Origin: Chlorokybus atmophyticus
Lineage: Eukaryota; Plantae; Mesostigma and Chlorokybus algae
NCBI GenBank assembly: GCA_009103225.1
Contig: RHPI01000638.1
Location: 124,001-188,000, forward strand
DNA: 64,000 bases
Direction: 5' to 3'
Below are positions 40,861 to 54,789 of the stretch, one piece after another. Each line of letters opens with the position of its first letter. The stretch's first letter is position 1. A model generated the notes under the pieces. That model searched no databases. It was given only the letters and a program-made list of their open reading frames with translations, and was not told the origin of the DNA. The translations under genes and the position numbers were made by a program.

Positions 40861-42275
40861 GAAGGCAGAGTCTTGTCCTCCACTCCACTCCTCCACCCCT
40901 GCTGGCTCCTCGCCCACTCCTCGCCTCTCCCTCTGTCCTCCAGACAACGACAACTATGACTAGTGCAACACCGCCGCCGCCGCTGCCCACGTGCTGCAAA
41001 CAGCCTTCCGGCCTGGTGTCACGTAGCTTGAGCTCTCGAGTTCAAGTCAATGCTGTCAATGCAACATGTTAAGAGGCTTCAGCGGGGCGCGGCCGCGGGG
41101 TACACGCCGTCGTCGAAGGTACAGATGGCTCGGTACAAAGTACAAGTGTACCACAAATTGCACAGGCTGTGTACCGCAGCTTGGCGCCGCATGTTTCAAA
41201 CCGGTTCATCCATGACGACAACTCTCTCATCTTGATGTCAATCAAGCCAAGTATAGGACTACCCAGCTTAGCTGAATGGACGGTTGGACCTCATGAGTTA
41301 TGAGTCGTAGTCTCGGCGTTGAACCGGCTCGACAGATGCGGACTGAGCGATGCAAGCGGTACCAAACTGAACTGTACTTTTTGACCCTCGTCTAACGTTA
41401 GGGCGCTGTTGCGTGCACTTAGCGGCGGCGGCAGTGGTGGCGGAGGGGGCGGCATTGCTGTCGTCGTCGTCGTGGTAGTTGTTGAGGACGCCATTGGTGT
41501 TCGCCTGCATGATAGAAGGAGAAAGTCATGCCCGTCGTTGTGGTGTGAGTTGAGCTGTGGTCAATGTTTCGGGAGCTGTTCTTCCTGCATTTGTGGGAGG
41601 AGGAGAGCGAAGCGTTGGGCGGCGGCGGCGGCAGCAGCGGCGACGCCGGCGGCGGCAGCGGCGGTGGAGGCGATATGAAAGGTGGACGCGTGGCATTGTC
41701 TCATGAAAGATCCACCGTCGACTCCTCTTCTGTCGTCCCGCTGCCTTTATCTGAGGTGATCGGCGTGGCCGGGCCGGGCCACACCACCCCCGACCCCGCC
41801 GCTGCCCATGTGGTCGACAATGCAGGCAACCCTCGAGCCAATTTGAACAAGGCTGCATTGGCGAATGCAACAGAAACTAGGAACATAAAGGATATCCGTT
41901 GCCTGCCGCTGAGAACTCTGCTCAGAGACATCAATTTTCAGGTTCGCCATTGCAAGTTTGACTGCGCTACTGTTGACTTCAGTTGCTTAGAGTTACTATC
42001 ACAGAAGTTGCTAGGAGACAATGATGACAACTTCAGTACAAAGCTGTTGACACAAACAACCTCACATGCAATAGGACACTTTGTGACAACAAAGTGGCAT
42101 GGCACTTGTCTTCGGGATTATAACGCACGCATGTTTTTTGCCATGTGCGCCGCAACAACCAACCCAATGGCTGATGTAGGTATAGATTTCTGTCTCGTGA
42201 GAGTGTTTCAAGTACTCATTGATTGTGTAGTCCAACCTGCCTATAAGGTATAGGATATATACCAACCACAAGTGC

Positions 42276-44295
42276 ATGCCGGGGGTAGTCTATGCAGCAC
42301 CACCTACTACACATCATGATGTGCATGTCATTGGCGTAAATACGCAACTGCCATGCATCATGCCGCATGAAGTGACAGTCCTGACAATGACAACTATCCC
42401 ACATAACAGGTATACTGTCTGATGCACGTGGCGGCGCTGTTGACTCCCTTCTTGTGGCGCCCAACCTTGCCCCGCGCCGCACTCCTCCTCATCACATACA
42501 ACCTACGCATGTTCGGCATCACCGGCGGATACCACCGCCTCCTCGCACACAAGTAAGATACCGATAGCAAGAGTTGCGTCGCACGGGTGTCAACATGCAC
42601 ATGCATGCGTGTTGAGGAAGCGGCACACGCACACACACACACGTACTCATGCACACATGCACACTAATTGTCTCGCTCCCATAGGTCGTACGAAACGTCT
42701 CGCGCGTTTGGTTTCTTTCTGGCTTGGCTGGGCGCCAGCGCGATGCAGAAGGGTCCGTTATGGTGGTGCTCTCACCACCGCCACCACCACCGCAACGCCG
42801 ACAACGAGCGCGATGCCCACTCGCCGATGCACACGGGGTTCTTCTGGTCACACATGGGATGGTACGCAACACCACATCAAGGGACACATCAACGAACACA
42901 TCAACACATCAAACACGCACGCACGCGCGGTATCTGCGCATGTGGTACACGCGTCACTCGCATGCATTTGACACGCATCACTCGCACGTGCTGTATCTGT
43001 GCACACATACCTGGTACCAACGCCACTGATACAACTTCGCCACTGATACAATTTCCTTCACACGCACGCGCGCATACACACCCAACACTCCCCCCCCCAG
43101 GTTCCTCTGCACCCCCGCCCACGTTGAGCCTCTCTGGTCGTCCGTCCCCGACCTCCTCCTCCGTTCCGAGCTGTTGTGGCTGGAGCGCTGCCACTTCGTC
43201 CCTCCGCTGGCGCTGGCGCTGGCGCTGTGGGGCGCGGGAGGGGGAGCCGCGCTCGCGTGGGGGTTCGCGCTAGCCACAGTCGTGTGCTGGCATGCGACGT
43301 ACTGCATCAATTCGGTGGCGCATGTCGTAGGAACGAGAAGGTGGGCGGGACGGGGATTGACAAGCCCTTTTATGTGTGTGCGTGCGTGCGCGCGTTGTGC
43401 GTTGTACGCTCAAGAGCATGTGTATTGCGACAATGTGCACATAGGCGTTTGCACACACATGCGTTTGTGCTTGTTTGTGTGCGCGTGTTTATGGGGATGC
43501 ACTTGTGTTACTGTAGAGCAGTGCGCATGTGCATGCGTAACATGTGTGCGCGTGCGTGCACACAATGACTTATTTATAATATGCGTTGTCGTCGCAGGTA
43601 TCGATGCGAGTTTTCGGGTGGTTGTGATGCGCGCAATAACGGGCTGCTGGCCGTCATCACACTGGGGGAGGGTTGGCACAACAACCACCATGTGAGTGGC
43701 AGATCACCGCAACACATGTGGCGCACGGATAGCACACACACACACACGCAAGTGCACGCACATGCACACGCGCACTTGCACGCTGAGTCAACCTCACCAC
43801 CGCAGTGCTACATGCGCTCCGCCCGCCATGGGTTCTACTTTTGGGAGTTTGACGCGACATACTGCGTGCTGCGTGCTCTCGCCCTCGCAGGGCTCGTGTG
43901 GGACCTTCACCTACCCCCAATGGAGCAGGTGAGCAGAGCTGCAAAGCGCACAACAATCTCAACACGTCGTTGTTGCGTGTGTTAGAGGTGTCATATGACA
44001 TTGTCTTAACAGTACCCCTACACAATCATGACAGGTTTTAGGTTCAACAGCAAACTTCATCACCTCAGCTTACAGTCTCTCTGTATCACCAAGTTTTGCC
44101 AATGTTGTGACCAAATGCTTGAGAAATGTTGTACCAATTGTGTAACCAAAAACGCCCATGCCACCTTTCCCTTTACAGTTGGAGGAGAGGAGGGAGGGTC
44201 CGGACCAGTATATATGCCGATGCCACGAGCAGGACTCATTGACGGAACGCATTGTTCACCGCAAAAAGTGTGAAGCCAACAGCAAGGTCTGTTAG
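42276..44295 (+). CDS. Bacterial-type delta-9-like acyl-lipid/acyl-CoA membrane desaturase (first exon tentative)
   Basis: His boxes: [32 protein letters not shown]...[12 protein letters not shown]. Also [24 protein letters not shown] and WEFDATY. Exons 42410-42552, 42685-42861, 43101-43340, 43598-43691, 43806-43928 and 44179-44295 are phase-consistent. Confidence 0.92.
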
Positions 44296-44783
44296 AGAAG
44301 GTCTGGTTATAGGGATCGGTTGGTTGGATTGTTCAACGATTCTATTTATTCGATTATTTGATAGCAGCGGTGCAGCCGCCACATAGCCTACGGCCCCTGA
44401 TATTGTACAGGTGTAGTAAACAGAAGTGCGATTCGTGTTGCCCCATTCGGCAACTTAACTCATGTGTAGCCGTTGATGTCTCTCTAAATGTGTAAAAGAG
44501 GTAAGCCAGTAACGTGTTGATGTTGTGCATTGCGCTTGCGATTGTTAATGATTACCCCATTCATAGTGTACAAGAGATGCAACTGGGACTTCTTGCACGC
44601 AAGACATTACACCATAGTGCCAACTTGTCACCACTGTGCTTGTGGGAAAATGTTGCCTTAGTTGTGGGCAGTTTGGAATGTGTTGGACTTGCAGAATAGC
44701 CCTTCGCTGGAACACATGGCATAATAACAGCACCTTCATCGCAGTAAATAGTGTTGAAATATGCAGACAACGCCATGTTGTCA

Positions 44784-47700
44784 TCACACTTTGTTCAGCT
44801 TGGTCACGATGCCAACTCGCACGCATTGGTCAAAAGCGCCAAACACTGCTAGGCCAGCTTTGTCGGGACTCCTGCGGACATATATAACATTCACACAAAA
44901 TGTGCCCAGGTTCTGTGAAATGTGTTGATGTGATTATGATGCGGCATCACAGAAACGACATGAAAAGACATAGCATAGACACTCTCAATGCATGTGGGCT
45001 TACCAGTCGAAACAGGAGATAGGTTGCGAAGAAATGGGCCGGTCTGCGAGCAACTCCAACTTTCCTGCAACCTGCGCACGAAAAGCATTGGTTACAACCT
45101 CACATGTAGACACGAAGATACACTCGCACGCACACACACGCGCATGAATACATGGACAGAAGCGAGCTTTTGCGCTTTGACACGTGCAAGTGTGTGCATG
45201 CCGTGTGTGCATGCTCATGCGCGCATGTTTCTGATATATGTGTGCTGGCAAACCCACGCACACGCACGCATGCGCGACAAGCCAACACAGTCACACTTAC
45301 TCCCTCAGCCAGGCCCTCAAAGTCTTTTTTGCTCCTGTTATCGGGGTAAGAACTGCAGACAAACCAAGCGCACATGAGAACCAAAGGGTGGTGAACAAAG
45401 CCCAACACATGCACAGCTGATCCGTTAATCAGTCATCAACCCAACCGCACCCACATCAGACAGGGAACGAGTACATACTATTTGTAGAGTGAGAGCGAGC
45501 CATTGCCGCCGCCCACCATGCACACGTCCCTGTTTTGAGGCAAGTGCCGGCAGCACCATACTGTGGAGCCGTTAGAGCACTGCACACGAGAACACATGTT
45601 GGTTTACAGCTCAAGCGTGCGCACGCGAGAACGACCAAACAGTGACTTGTATCGAACAATCAGCTAGCCGATGGAGGGCTAGTGGCTCCTTGAAGAGACA
45701 CATGCATGCACGCCCGCACGCAGCGATGTGAGTGCGCGCACGCACGTGCGCACGCAAGTGTGTGTGCTTGTTTGTGGCTGTGCGTGCATGTCTGAGAGAA
45801 AAAGCCCTTGCCTTTTCTACAGCCGAAGCGAAGCCATTTGTGGGGTGCTGTGTCCTTGCGTCAAACACCTGTCCGGCAAGTATACTTTTGAGCCACCAAC
45901 GTAATCATAAGGACAACGACACAGCACACACACTCAGAAACCTTGCCGGAAACAGATACACCCATCACCAAGGCGAGGAGGGCACATAAACTCCGAAACA
46001 AGCCTTACGTGCAAGCGGGACTCCAACGTGGCCGCCGTGAACTTGTTCATGGGGATGTCTTTGCGATCAAACTCCACAGCGCAGACCTGCGCCATTGTCA
46101 CATGCATCATGATACACGCAACAACAAGCGTAGGAGGCCACAGCAAAGCACGGTCGCTGCTGTACGCACCCCGTTGCCAACATTGGTCTCCCATCTCAAC
46201 GTGCCAGTTCTCAAGTCAAACATCTTCACATCGCCGCTGTCGTACCCTGCAACGTACCATGGTTGATACTTGTGCACGTGCATTGACGTGGACGTGTGCA
46301 CATATGTAGACAGCACTGTACTTAAGAACAAACGGAGAATGCAAATACATGTAAGAATACACATGCACATGCACATGCACATGCACCAACAATCGTGCTC
46401 GCATGCTCATCAGTACACACGGCTTTTATACCTGCAAGCACGCAGCGCTCCTCATCATTGAATGAGTTCCCTGTTCAGAAGCAACAGCAAGTGAGCGATC
46501 AATTGCAACACGACATGCACGTCAATGCAATGCTACACATACAAGTGCATCCGTGTACAGTAGGTGTCACATCAACCCAGCAACGTACCAAACGCCACGG
46601 TCCAGCAGTCCCGCGCCGTCGCGGGCTCCGCGGGCTCGAAACACGCCACGGGGGCGTCCTTCTGCCTCGTGTCCCACACGCACACGCGCCCTACGTTGTG
46701 TGTGGAAAGGTGGGTGTTTGTGAGTGAGTGCGCGAGCGTGTGTGAGAGACAGCGCGGCTGCGCGTATACCTGCGAGTGTGTGTGGGTGTGTCTGTGAACA
46801 CATGTGCTTGTGCATGTACATGCGCGTGCCCGCGTGTGTGCATGTGCATGCCTGCGCAATGTGCATGTGGGGAGTGTGCGCAAAAACAATGAGTATACGA
46901 TGCATCAGGTCCTCACCGTCACGCCCGCACGTGGCTATTTCAGGAGCGCCGTATCCGCGCTGTGGCCCGCCAGCGCCATCAATGCCATTGATTATAGCAA
47001 CATGCGCTGTACACACATACCAACATGTTGTAGACACACTGCATATGCTTGTGTGCGCAAGATTGCACGCGAGTCCCCAACCCAAACACAACACAACACA
47101 ACACGACACAAGGTTTGGTCACTCGTATACCTTTGCTTTGGAAGACAGGCGTTGCTGTTTTTTCCAAATCCCTGTTTGCTGTCACAGTCAGTCATGACAT
47201 GAGCATCACAACAGTGAAGCTCAAGAACCGTTTGACATGCGCACTGCACTCATGGTGATGAAGCACAGGAAGTCAGGACACATGACATGAGGAAACTTTG
47301 ACTGGCTGACTCACCAGACCTCGAGATCGCCGTTGAAGTTGCCCGTTGCTAAGTGCCTGTCAGCCTGGCGGCATACCAGAGAGGTGATGAGCTGGTTCAT
47401 CATGAGATCAAGATTGATGCTAGCAACAACATGCACCGAGTTTCGCCAGAACAGTCATGTGCGTATGCGAATGGCATTACCAGTGAGGACGCGCCAAAGG
47501 TTCCGCACTTCAAACTATGCTTCTTCTCCGTCTGCAGCATTGGCATCGTCTCATTAGCACGTACACGGTGCGTATGTATGCGTGGTGTGTGCCGTGCACG
47601 TGTGCCATGGCAACGTTGACGTGTACATGTGTGCACGCAGGCATTCCAATATCAGCGCATCGGTGCGTGTGCACAAACATGTGCATGTACATCCGTGCAT

Positions 47701-48661
47701 GCCTGTACGCACGTGGGGGCGCGTGCGTGTACTTTCGGCGGTACATGTGTATGCCTGCAAGTGTGTGCGTGCGCGTGTGAGTGCGTGCGCGTGCATGTGT
47801 GCTCACATGGGTGTACACATATGATAAAATGATGCAGACGGAAAATGAGGCTTACAAACGACCAACACTTTGCGTGGAAGACATCTTTTTAGCCAAGACA
47901 TGCGATCAATGGCGCAAGTGACTGTCCTTACAATCTCTGCATTTGCTCTTCCTCTACAACTTGCTGAGTGACATGGTCAATCACGCCACAAGAACAGTCT
48001 CAATTGTCAACATTCTGTTGCACGCAAGGCAATGCACAAAAGATGACACATGCACACACATGCAGCACTGTGTGGTCGTTTGCACACCTCTGAAAGCAGC
48101 TTAAGTTCCGTCCCATCCAACTCGTAAACCTGTCATCAACACGCAAGCGTTTCACTTGTAGTGTCTCCAAAGAACAGATCAATTGTCTTTCTGAACAAAA
48201 TCACAGAGCAGCAAAATAAACCGAATATTTCACCTGCATACTGCCGGTATTCCGAGCATACGCACCCAATACAACCAGCCGAGCACTGTGCACAATGCAG
48301 CACACAGATTGTTGATCAATTGAAGTGTGTGCCCATACAACACATGTATACAGTCCCAAAGGTGCAAACGACAAAGTCAAACGTGATAGGCAGTGAAACT
48401 GATCAAGAGCAATAACTGTGCTACGGCTTCAGGCAAACGTGTGCATTCTGGAGGTACTGCATTGGGCCGTAGCAAAGTGGTGTCCAATTTACCGATTGCA
48501 CCTGTTTTCACAGTACTTGTGTGCCAATGAAGACTTGCAGTAATAAGTAAATTACTTGCAAGTCTTCACCTGCTTGGCACCCATTTCGTGTCGTATATTG
48601 TGATGCTGAGGCTCTTGCTGATGTGCTCCAGGATCTGAGGCCTGTCCGTGGTGTCCGCCAT
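44784..48661 (-). CDS. WDR92: WD repeat protein 92 (DNAAF10), axonemal dynein assembly factor
   Basis: [34 protein letters not shown]; [10 protein letters not shown]; RHLATGNF; [19 protein letters not shown]; [17 protein letters not shown]; [12 protein letters not shown]; [11 protein letters not shown]; [11 protein letters not shown]; [32 protein letters not shown]. Confidence 0.95.
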
Positions 48662-51600
48662 GATGCCACCGCCGCCGCTCGGTCTGTCGCTCTAGGCCGC
48701 AATGCGCGACTGTATCCCTCGGCCTGGCGTGGCCTGGTGCGGCCTGGCGTAGTCTGGCCTGGTCTGGTTGTTGCTTCTGCCGTTGTGCGGACAGCACAAG
48801 CAGTGCGTGACAAATGTGGTAGGTAGGCAGGTAGCGGACGTGAGCTCTCACACGTAACTGAAACACATTCAGTTACTCGCGATCTTCCCTCAGTGGAACC
48901 ACATGTGTCATGCATGGTTTCACCTACCCTTTTATCTGTACACCACAAGCTATATGATGTGGACTCGCCCAAGGCAAGTAGGCGCTTTCGCTGCCAATGC
49001 GCAGTCATAACGTGGATGCTATACTGAGCTGAGACTGTCGCTTACATACCGCCCAGACAAATTTTGATAATGTCATGATACCCTGTTGGATTGCATATGA
49101 AGCATTAAAATAAGATAATTTTGCGTTGGTTGAATACTTTTTGCTTGTGTGTGTTTCTGGTATTCATTAATGATGTAACTCAATTTACAATCGCGTTGTG
49201 CTTATATTCGCATCAGCATCGAGCATGCGCCTCGTTTGTATGTGAGCAGACCACTTGATCTTTCGTCTTAAAAAGCTACAAAGCGGGTGTTGTGACCACC
49301 TTCAACTAATCACGAGTTGTTTCGACAAGATGTATGCTAAAGCTTGTGCATTTTAACTTGCCTTTTGCAGACTGATCAACTTGTATCGTAAAGAAGCAAA
49401 AAAAGCCCTTTTATTCGAGTCATGTACTTATTGCAATTTGTCGACAATCATTAGTACTCTTGCAAGTATAAACTGAGTTTAAAGGCGTCCGTGGTCAGTC
49501 TGAAAAGGGTATACGATTGAATTAGACGCCGCACCATGTTTGCACTTTACAATGATGGTATCGGTGTATGGTTACCTATGCTAGTTAACCATTATACAAC
49601 GTTGCGGTATAGCAGTCTTCTCAAAGTCTGACGGCATCCTCATGACTGTGGGGTTTTGTTGTTGGCGGAATGAATCCCCACGAATGTGAAAGCTCTACTA
49701 GCTGAGTGCCTGCTTGGGTCGTCAAGCAGCAATGCGTCGCAGTATCTGCATTGATAAAATCGAATTGTGCGACGCGGCAGTAAACATGCCTGTCGTATGC
49801 ATGCATTGCATAAACTTTAATAGTGTTGCTGACCCTTATGCTGCGTAAACTCGCCTCGTGGTAGCTATGATATGATAATGTTGGTGCAAATGTTTTTCAC
49901 GATACTGTAGCATGTTTATAATATGATTATTAACGCACAAAGTACTGCAAACATAATACAAGAAGCAATTTTCATGCTATCATACATTCTGGCAGGCTAG
50001 TGTCTACGAGTTCATAAAGTGAAGGCTTCATTTCTTTGAAACAATTTATCTGTTATTATAGATAATTGTGATATTATAAACGTATAATTGCAACTTGCGG
50101 TAATATGAACTTGCTCACAAATGCTGTTTGCTAAGCAGGTTCAAGGGCCGAACGCTTGCAATAACTAAAGCTTGTGAGCATATGAATTCAAGTATCATGC
50201 GTGACGTTTCAAATCGTTGGAGAGATGCTGACAATCATGACTTCAATGAGCTCATTTGCTTTTATATTACCGTCATTGTATCCGCCACATGTGCATAGGT
50301 TTGCATGCATGGCCTTGGGCTATGCTTGATATTTTGTATTGTGCACATTTGCATCTAATGAGTGCATCAGCTCCATATGCCGAATCCAAAGGAGCCTCAC
50401 ATTAAATGGCAGAAAGGCTAATAATTAGTAATAGTGTAGAAGACGACTTTCAGCCCAATACTTGCATGGCTTTTTAGCTTGCTCGCGACGGCCACAGCTC
50501 AAATTGTAATGTAATACAAGCATTTCAAAGCATTTCCAAATACATAGCGAATTTGAAGTGTACCACAAGCTTGGATAGTCAACAAACAGGCTGAGAAGTG
50601 ATATATTCCACATCTTGTCCCAAGTTATCTAGGGTGGCAGGGATCAATGCGTTATTGGCCGTATCGGCATTCAAACGAACAACCGTATCAATACGATTGT
50701 TCGTTTCAATGACAAGTGCCACTTGACCAATAGTTACGGACTGAACGGACGATTGCGTACAAAAATGAAGTGGCGGTGGACATGGGGGCTCATACTCGTG
50801 ATCAACAGACATACACATATGTGGGTGCAAGAGATGAAGCAGAGTCGTCTGATACCATTCGCGCAGGAATTATGTCTGACAATCGAGCCGGATATCGAAT
50901 ACGAATCGTCCAAAACAATGTACTGGTTCAGGGTGATATGGTTGGAGTACAAGACCAGCAGAAGTTCATGTGCAAGGCGTTCATCACGGTCGTGACGGGC
51001 ATCTAGTCGCCAATTGCCTTTTTGAGTCATTTTATTGCCTAGCTGTCGCTGAGTGGGGTGCCTAGCGGCGTGCATTAAACTCTCGAGTCTGTAAACACGT
51101 TACGGTCCTCCGCTTCAAGATGGCACGATAGGAGTTCCATTGGCTCCACGCCATTAGCGCGCACTGCTATGTAAAATACGGCACTTAATATGAGTGCGTC
51201 TGCTAGGTTTTAAACTCCCGTTACGTAAATTTGAGGTATGCGAGCTATTACCTGCAACACAATTATGATCGCGAGTGCAAGCAAACGCAGCAATAGTAAG
51301 AAAAAGCTTTATGATCAGTCCGACGCGTCTCGCCTCGACAGCCGACAATGCTTATCATTTGATATACATAGATACGTGGATTCGAGCGATATCAAGATTA
51401 TAAAAATGAGTTCAAATTTCATTGCAATCAACGAGTGTCATGGCTGAGATATATAAAAAGCTGGATGCCAAGCATGCGCATTAATGGGATTCACAAATCT
51501 GGCAAAGTTCGCGGTAAGTAATGTCAATGCAACGAAGGTTTCGTGCCCGCAACATCAGCCTGAGCCATCTTTAAAATACGTCTCTTGGGATCGTACGACG

Positions 51601-52393
51601 CCTGCACATCGTGGCGCCTCTCAAGTGGAGCAACATCGATGTCAGTATTAGGGCTTCATGCCTGGCGGAGGACGCACCATTAATGCAGACATATCAAAAG
51701 GGCTGTCTTTAAGAAGCCTCTCTCAGCCTTTTTTGAAACTTCACGTTGTTCGTTTTTTGGATCAAAAACCATGAACCCGTCAATACTAATAGTGCAAGTG
51801 AATATGTTTTCCATGCAGATGGCGGGAGGTGTGCCCTTGCCCACATTTTAACCCTGCTTCAACCTGCCAGCATATTCGACGCCCAAACTAATTCACTATT
51901 CGATTGCCATAGTCTTAACAATAATCATGCAAGATAAACTTTGCTACACACAACATTTCAAGCCTCTCACTATCAACCAATCAATAGACTATAGCACGGC
52001 AAATATTATGCAATTGCAAGAAGCTTGATGCGGCTACATTGTAAATAATCATTAATATACAGGTTTGATGTTGTGAGAATCTACATAATGCACAACTCTA
52101 TCATATTATCGACGATAATATGGTATAACAACATCGCATGGTAATTTACGCATAATGATACCATCAAGTTGTACACCATTTCTTATTATAGCCAACAAAA
52201 CCTTGTTGGAAGGTTTAATGTTGTAAAAATACGAACAATCTCATACAAACTCTTTTTGTTTGGATCTCATGCTACTTGTCACAAGCTTGAACGCTTACGC
52301 ATCATCAAACCTATGAGAGCCATGGTCAGCAATAAAATTGTGGCCTGATCTTAGTTTCATGTGTCATGTGCTGTATAGGGTTGCCACCAATCA

Positions 52394-52899
52394 TGCAACA
52401 AGTGGGCTCCAACCACTAGGCTATGGTAGCAAAGACGCTATCATGAGTGAGGTTCGTCACAATATATCATAAATCGTGACATTTCTCCCCAAGTTTATCC
52501 ACGGGTTCCTCATTATCCAATAAAGCACTTACTAGCCCATGTCGCCGTGGTCATGGCCGTACTATGACCAGGCCGCCCGCGGCCTTTTGGATCCAGCCTA
52601 CGAACGGACAGAACCAACCAAACTGCAGCGGCCATCCTCACCGCGCGACCTGCCATCGCTGCGCGACCGCTCACGCGGCCATAGGTCAAACTGGCTCGGC
52701 GCGCAGGCTGCGAACTTGCGCCCAGCCGCCCCAAATGTTTTTCGCCCTTGGATCTGCCTCAGTCCCCTACGGGAATTCCCTAATCCTGAGACGTCAAGCT
52801 GCAAAACCATTGTGACAAGTGGGCTCCGACGATTAGACTATGGTAGCAAAAGACGCTACCATGCGTGAGGTCCGTCACAACTTATCTCTAATTGTGACA
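52394..52899. mobile_element. Small element: two ~88-bp imperfect direct repeats around a GC-rich ~330-bp core
   Basis: 52394-52481 and 52811-52899 share acaagtgggctcc...atggtagcaaa(a)gacgctaycatg.gtgagg..cgtcacaa...gtgaca. The core is visibly GC-rich within AT-rich flanks. No target-site duplication found. Confidence 0.5.
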
Positions 52900-54789
52900 G
52901 ATCTTGTATTTTTAACTGTAATGCAATATACTTAAACATGATAAATATATATGCCATATCTTAAGATTGGTATCACCATAAGGAATCTATTTGAGGGTGA
53001 GAACGATGCTGATGCATGGCAATGCATGACCATACTATTTTTAAAAATTAATTGATGCAATGTTTTCGAAACCGTAGTATTGTGATCAAAATTTGTTAAC
53101 GTTACAATGCAAGAAGATATTTGTACAAGTGTGGAGAGAGGACGTGCGCGGGAAGGCGAGAAAAGGTTGGCAGTACTCGCATTGGATTCAAGTTGAGGTT
53201 GCTTCAAGCACAATAAAATTATGGAGTGTGCAGCGATGAAAAGCAAAAGCTTAGCAAAAGCTTTCATGTTGATGAAGAGATTACCCTCACGTTAACCATA
53301 TCCTGAAACACATTCACAAAAGTTATGTTTAACATAAATTAACATAATTTGCATGTGTAAGTTGTGAGTTCTGCAAAGCATTTGATTTGTACTTTGCAAC
53401 TGACTTCATTAATGACTATCAAAATCAGATAGCGTAACACATGCTACATGTTTACTATATAATGCTGCGTGTAGCAGTCTGTGTTGTATTAACTCGATTT
53501 AATTCTATTCAGCATTGATCTATTTAAGGGTTGATGGGTACCGTACGTTGCTACGAGTGCTTGTAACATACACAATTATGGCCTATACTTTTAATGATGT
53601 TGCCGACCTACATGCCTCCCAAACATCACGATTAGGGTTGTTAAGTGGTTCAAATCAAAACTCGGTTGAAAGGGCATTTTAACCATTTAGTTATGCCTAG
53701 CGTTTGTCATGTTGCTTGTCACATGCATTTACACATATTAAAAGCTGCACATATAATGCAATCAACAACCTTACCTTATGGTGAAAAGGGAGGGGGCATT
53801 ATTTGTGATGACACATCTAACAACTTTGACAATAGTACCATCCAAAAGTTAAGTTGAGACAAGATAGCCACCATGCAGGTGGCTACCACTGCCATTGATG
53901 CATGCATCCAATTGCCCAACGGCTTCTGACTTACTTTGGGTTTGTGTGTAGGTGAGCTACTGTCGTTGCTTCACTGCTATGCTCCAAGTGCTGGGCCCAG
54001 CGCAACTTCTCCTTCTACCGTACTTGCTGGTTGCTGCTTGTGTTCGTATTAACGCTAAACTTGCTCTGCTTCCTGCCTCCATTGTTGCTAGTACGCTGCA
54101 GTGGTGGTGCTTGTTGCTTGTCACGTTGCATTGCTTTGCTACAGTTTATGCCTACGCATGCCATGAATTGTACCCTATGCATGACTAACATGCAGGCGGC
54201 AGGAGTAGGGGCAGAGTTGAGGGTAGAGTAAGCCCGGTGGTTGTATATGCTGCACTGAGGTGCGTATGGCTTGCTTCATGTGATGCATGGCGTGAAAATT
54301 AAACCAGCCTTGCGATTATCCTATATACTCTACTCGTGCACAAGTGCCTCGCTCGTGGTGGGGTAGTGCTACACTCCAACAATTGGGTAACACGACATGA
54401 GAGCACGCATGTGGCAAGCAATTGCCTATGCCAATTGGCCAAGCATTGACATGCGGACGTTCGCTGGCTACTTGCTGGCCTATCGTTGCTGTGCAGATGC
54501 ATTTGCACGGTGGTGCGTATTAGACACAGCTCACTGGATAAATGCAGTAGGCTAGAAGTTGATGTCAATGTGTACTGAGTAGCACAGCTACACATGCTGA
54601 CATAGTGTGTCAGATTGTCTGCATAGTATACCACATCATGAAACTGCTTGTCCAAATAGTGCTCATGTACGTGTCAGTAACAAGTGGCCGTATGCTCACA
54701 ACAACATTTACAAAGCCATTTTACAATGGCAGGCTGCCTAGACCTTTGTACACGCTATGTCACATGATGCCCATATTGCTGCAGCTTCG

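Noticed and set aside
50579-51075. Short ORFs in the AT-rich region
   Set aside because: No recognisable motif and no consistent splice pattern.
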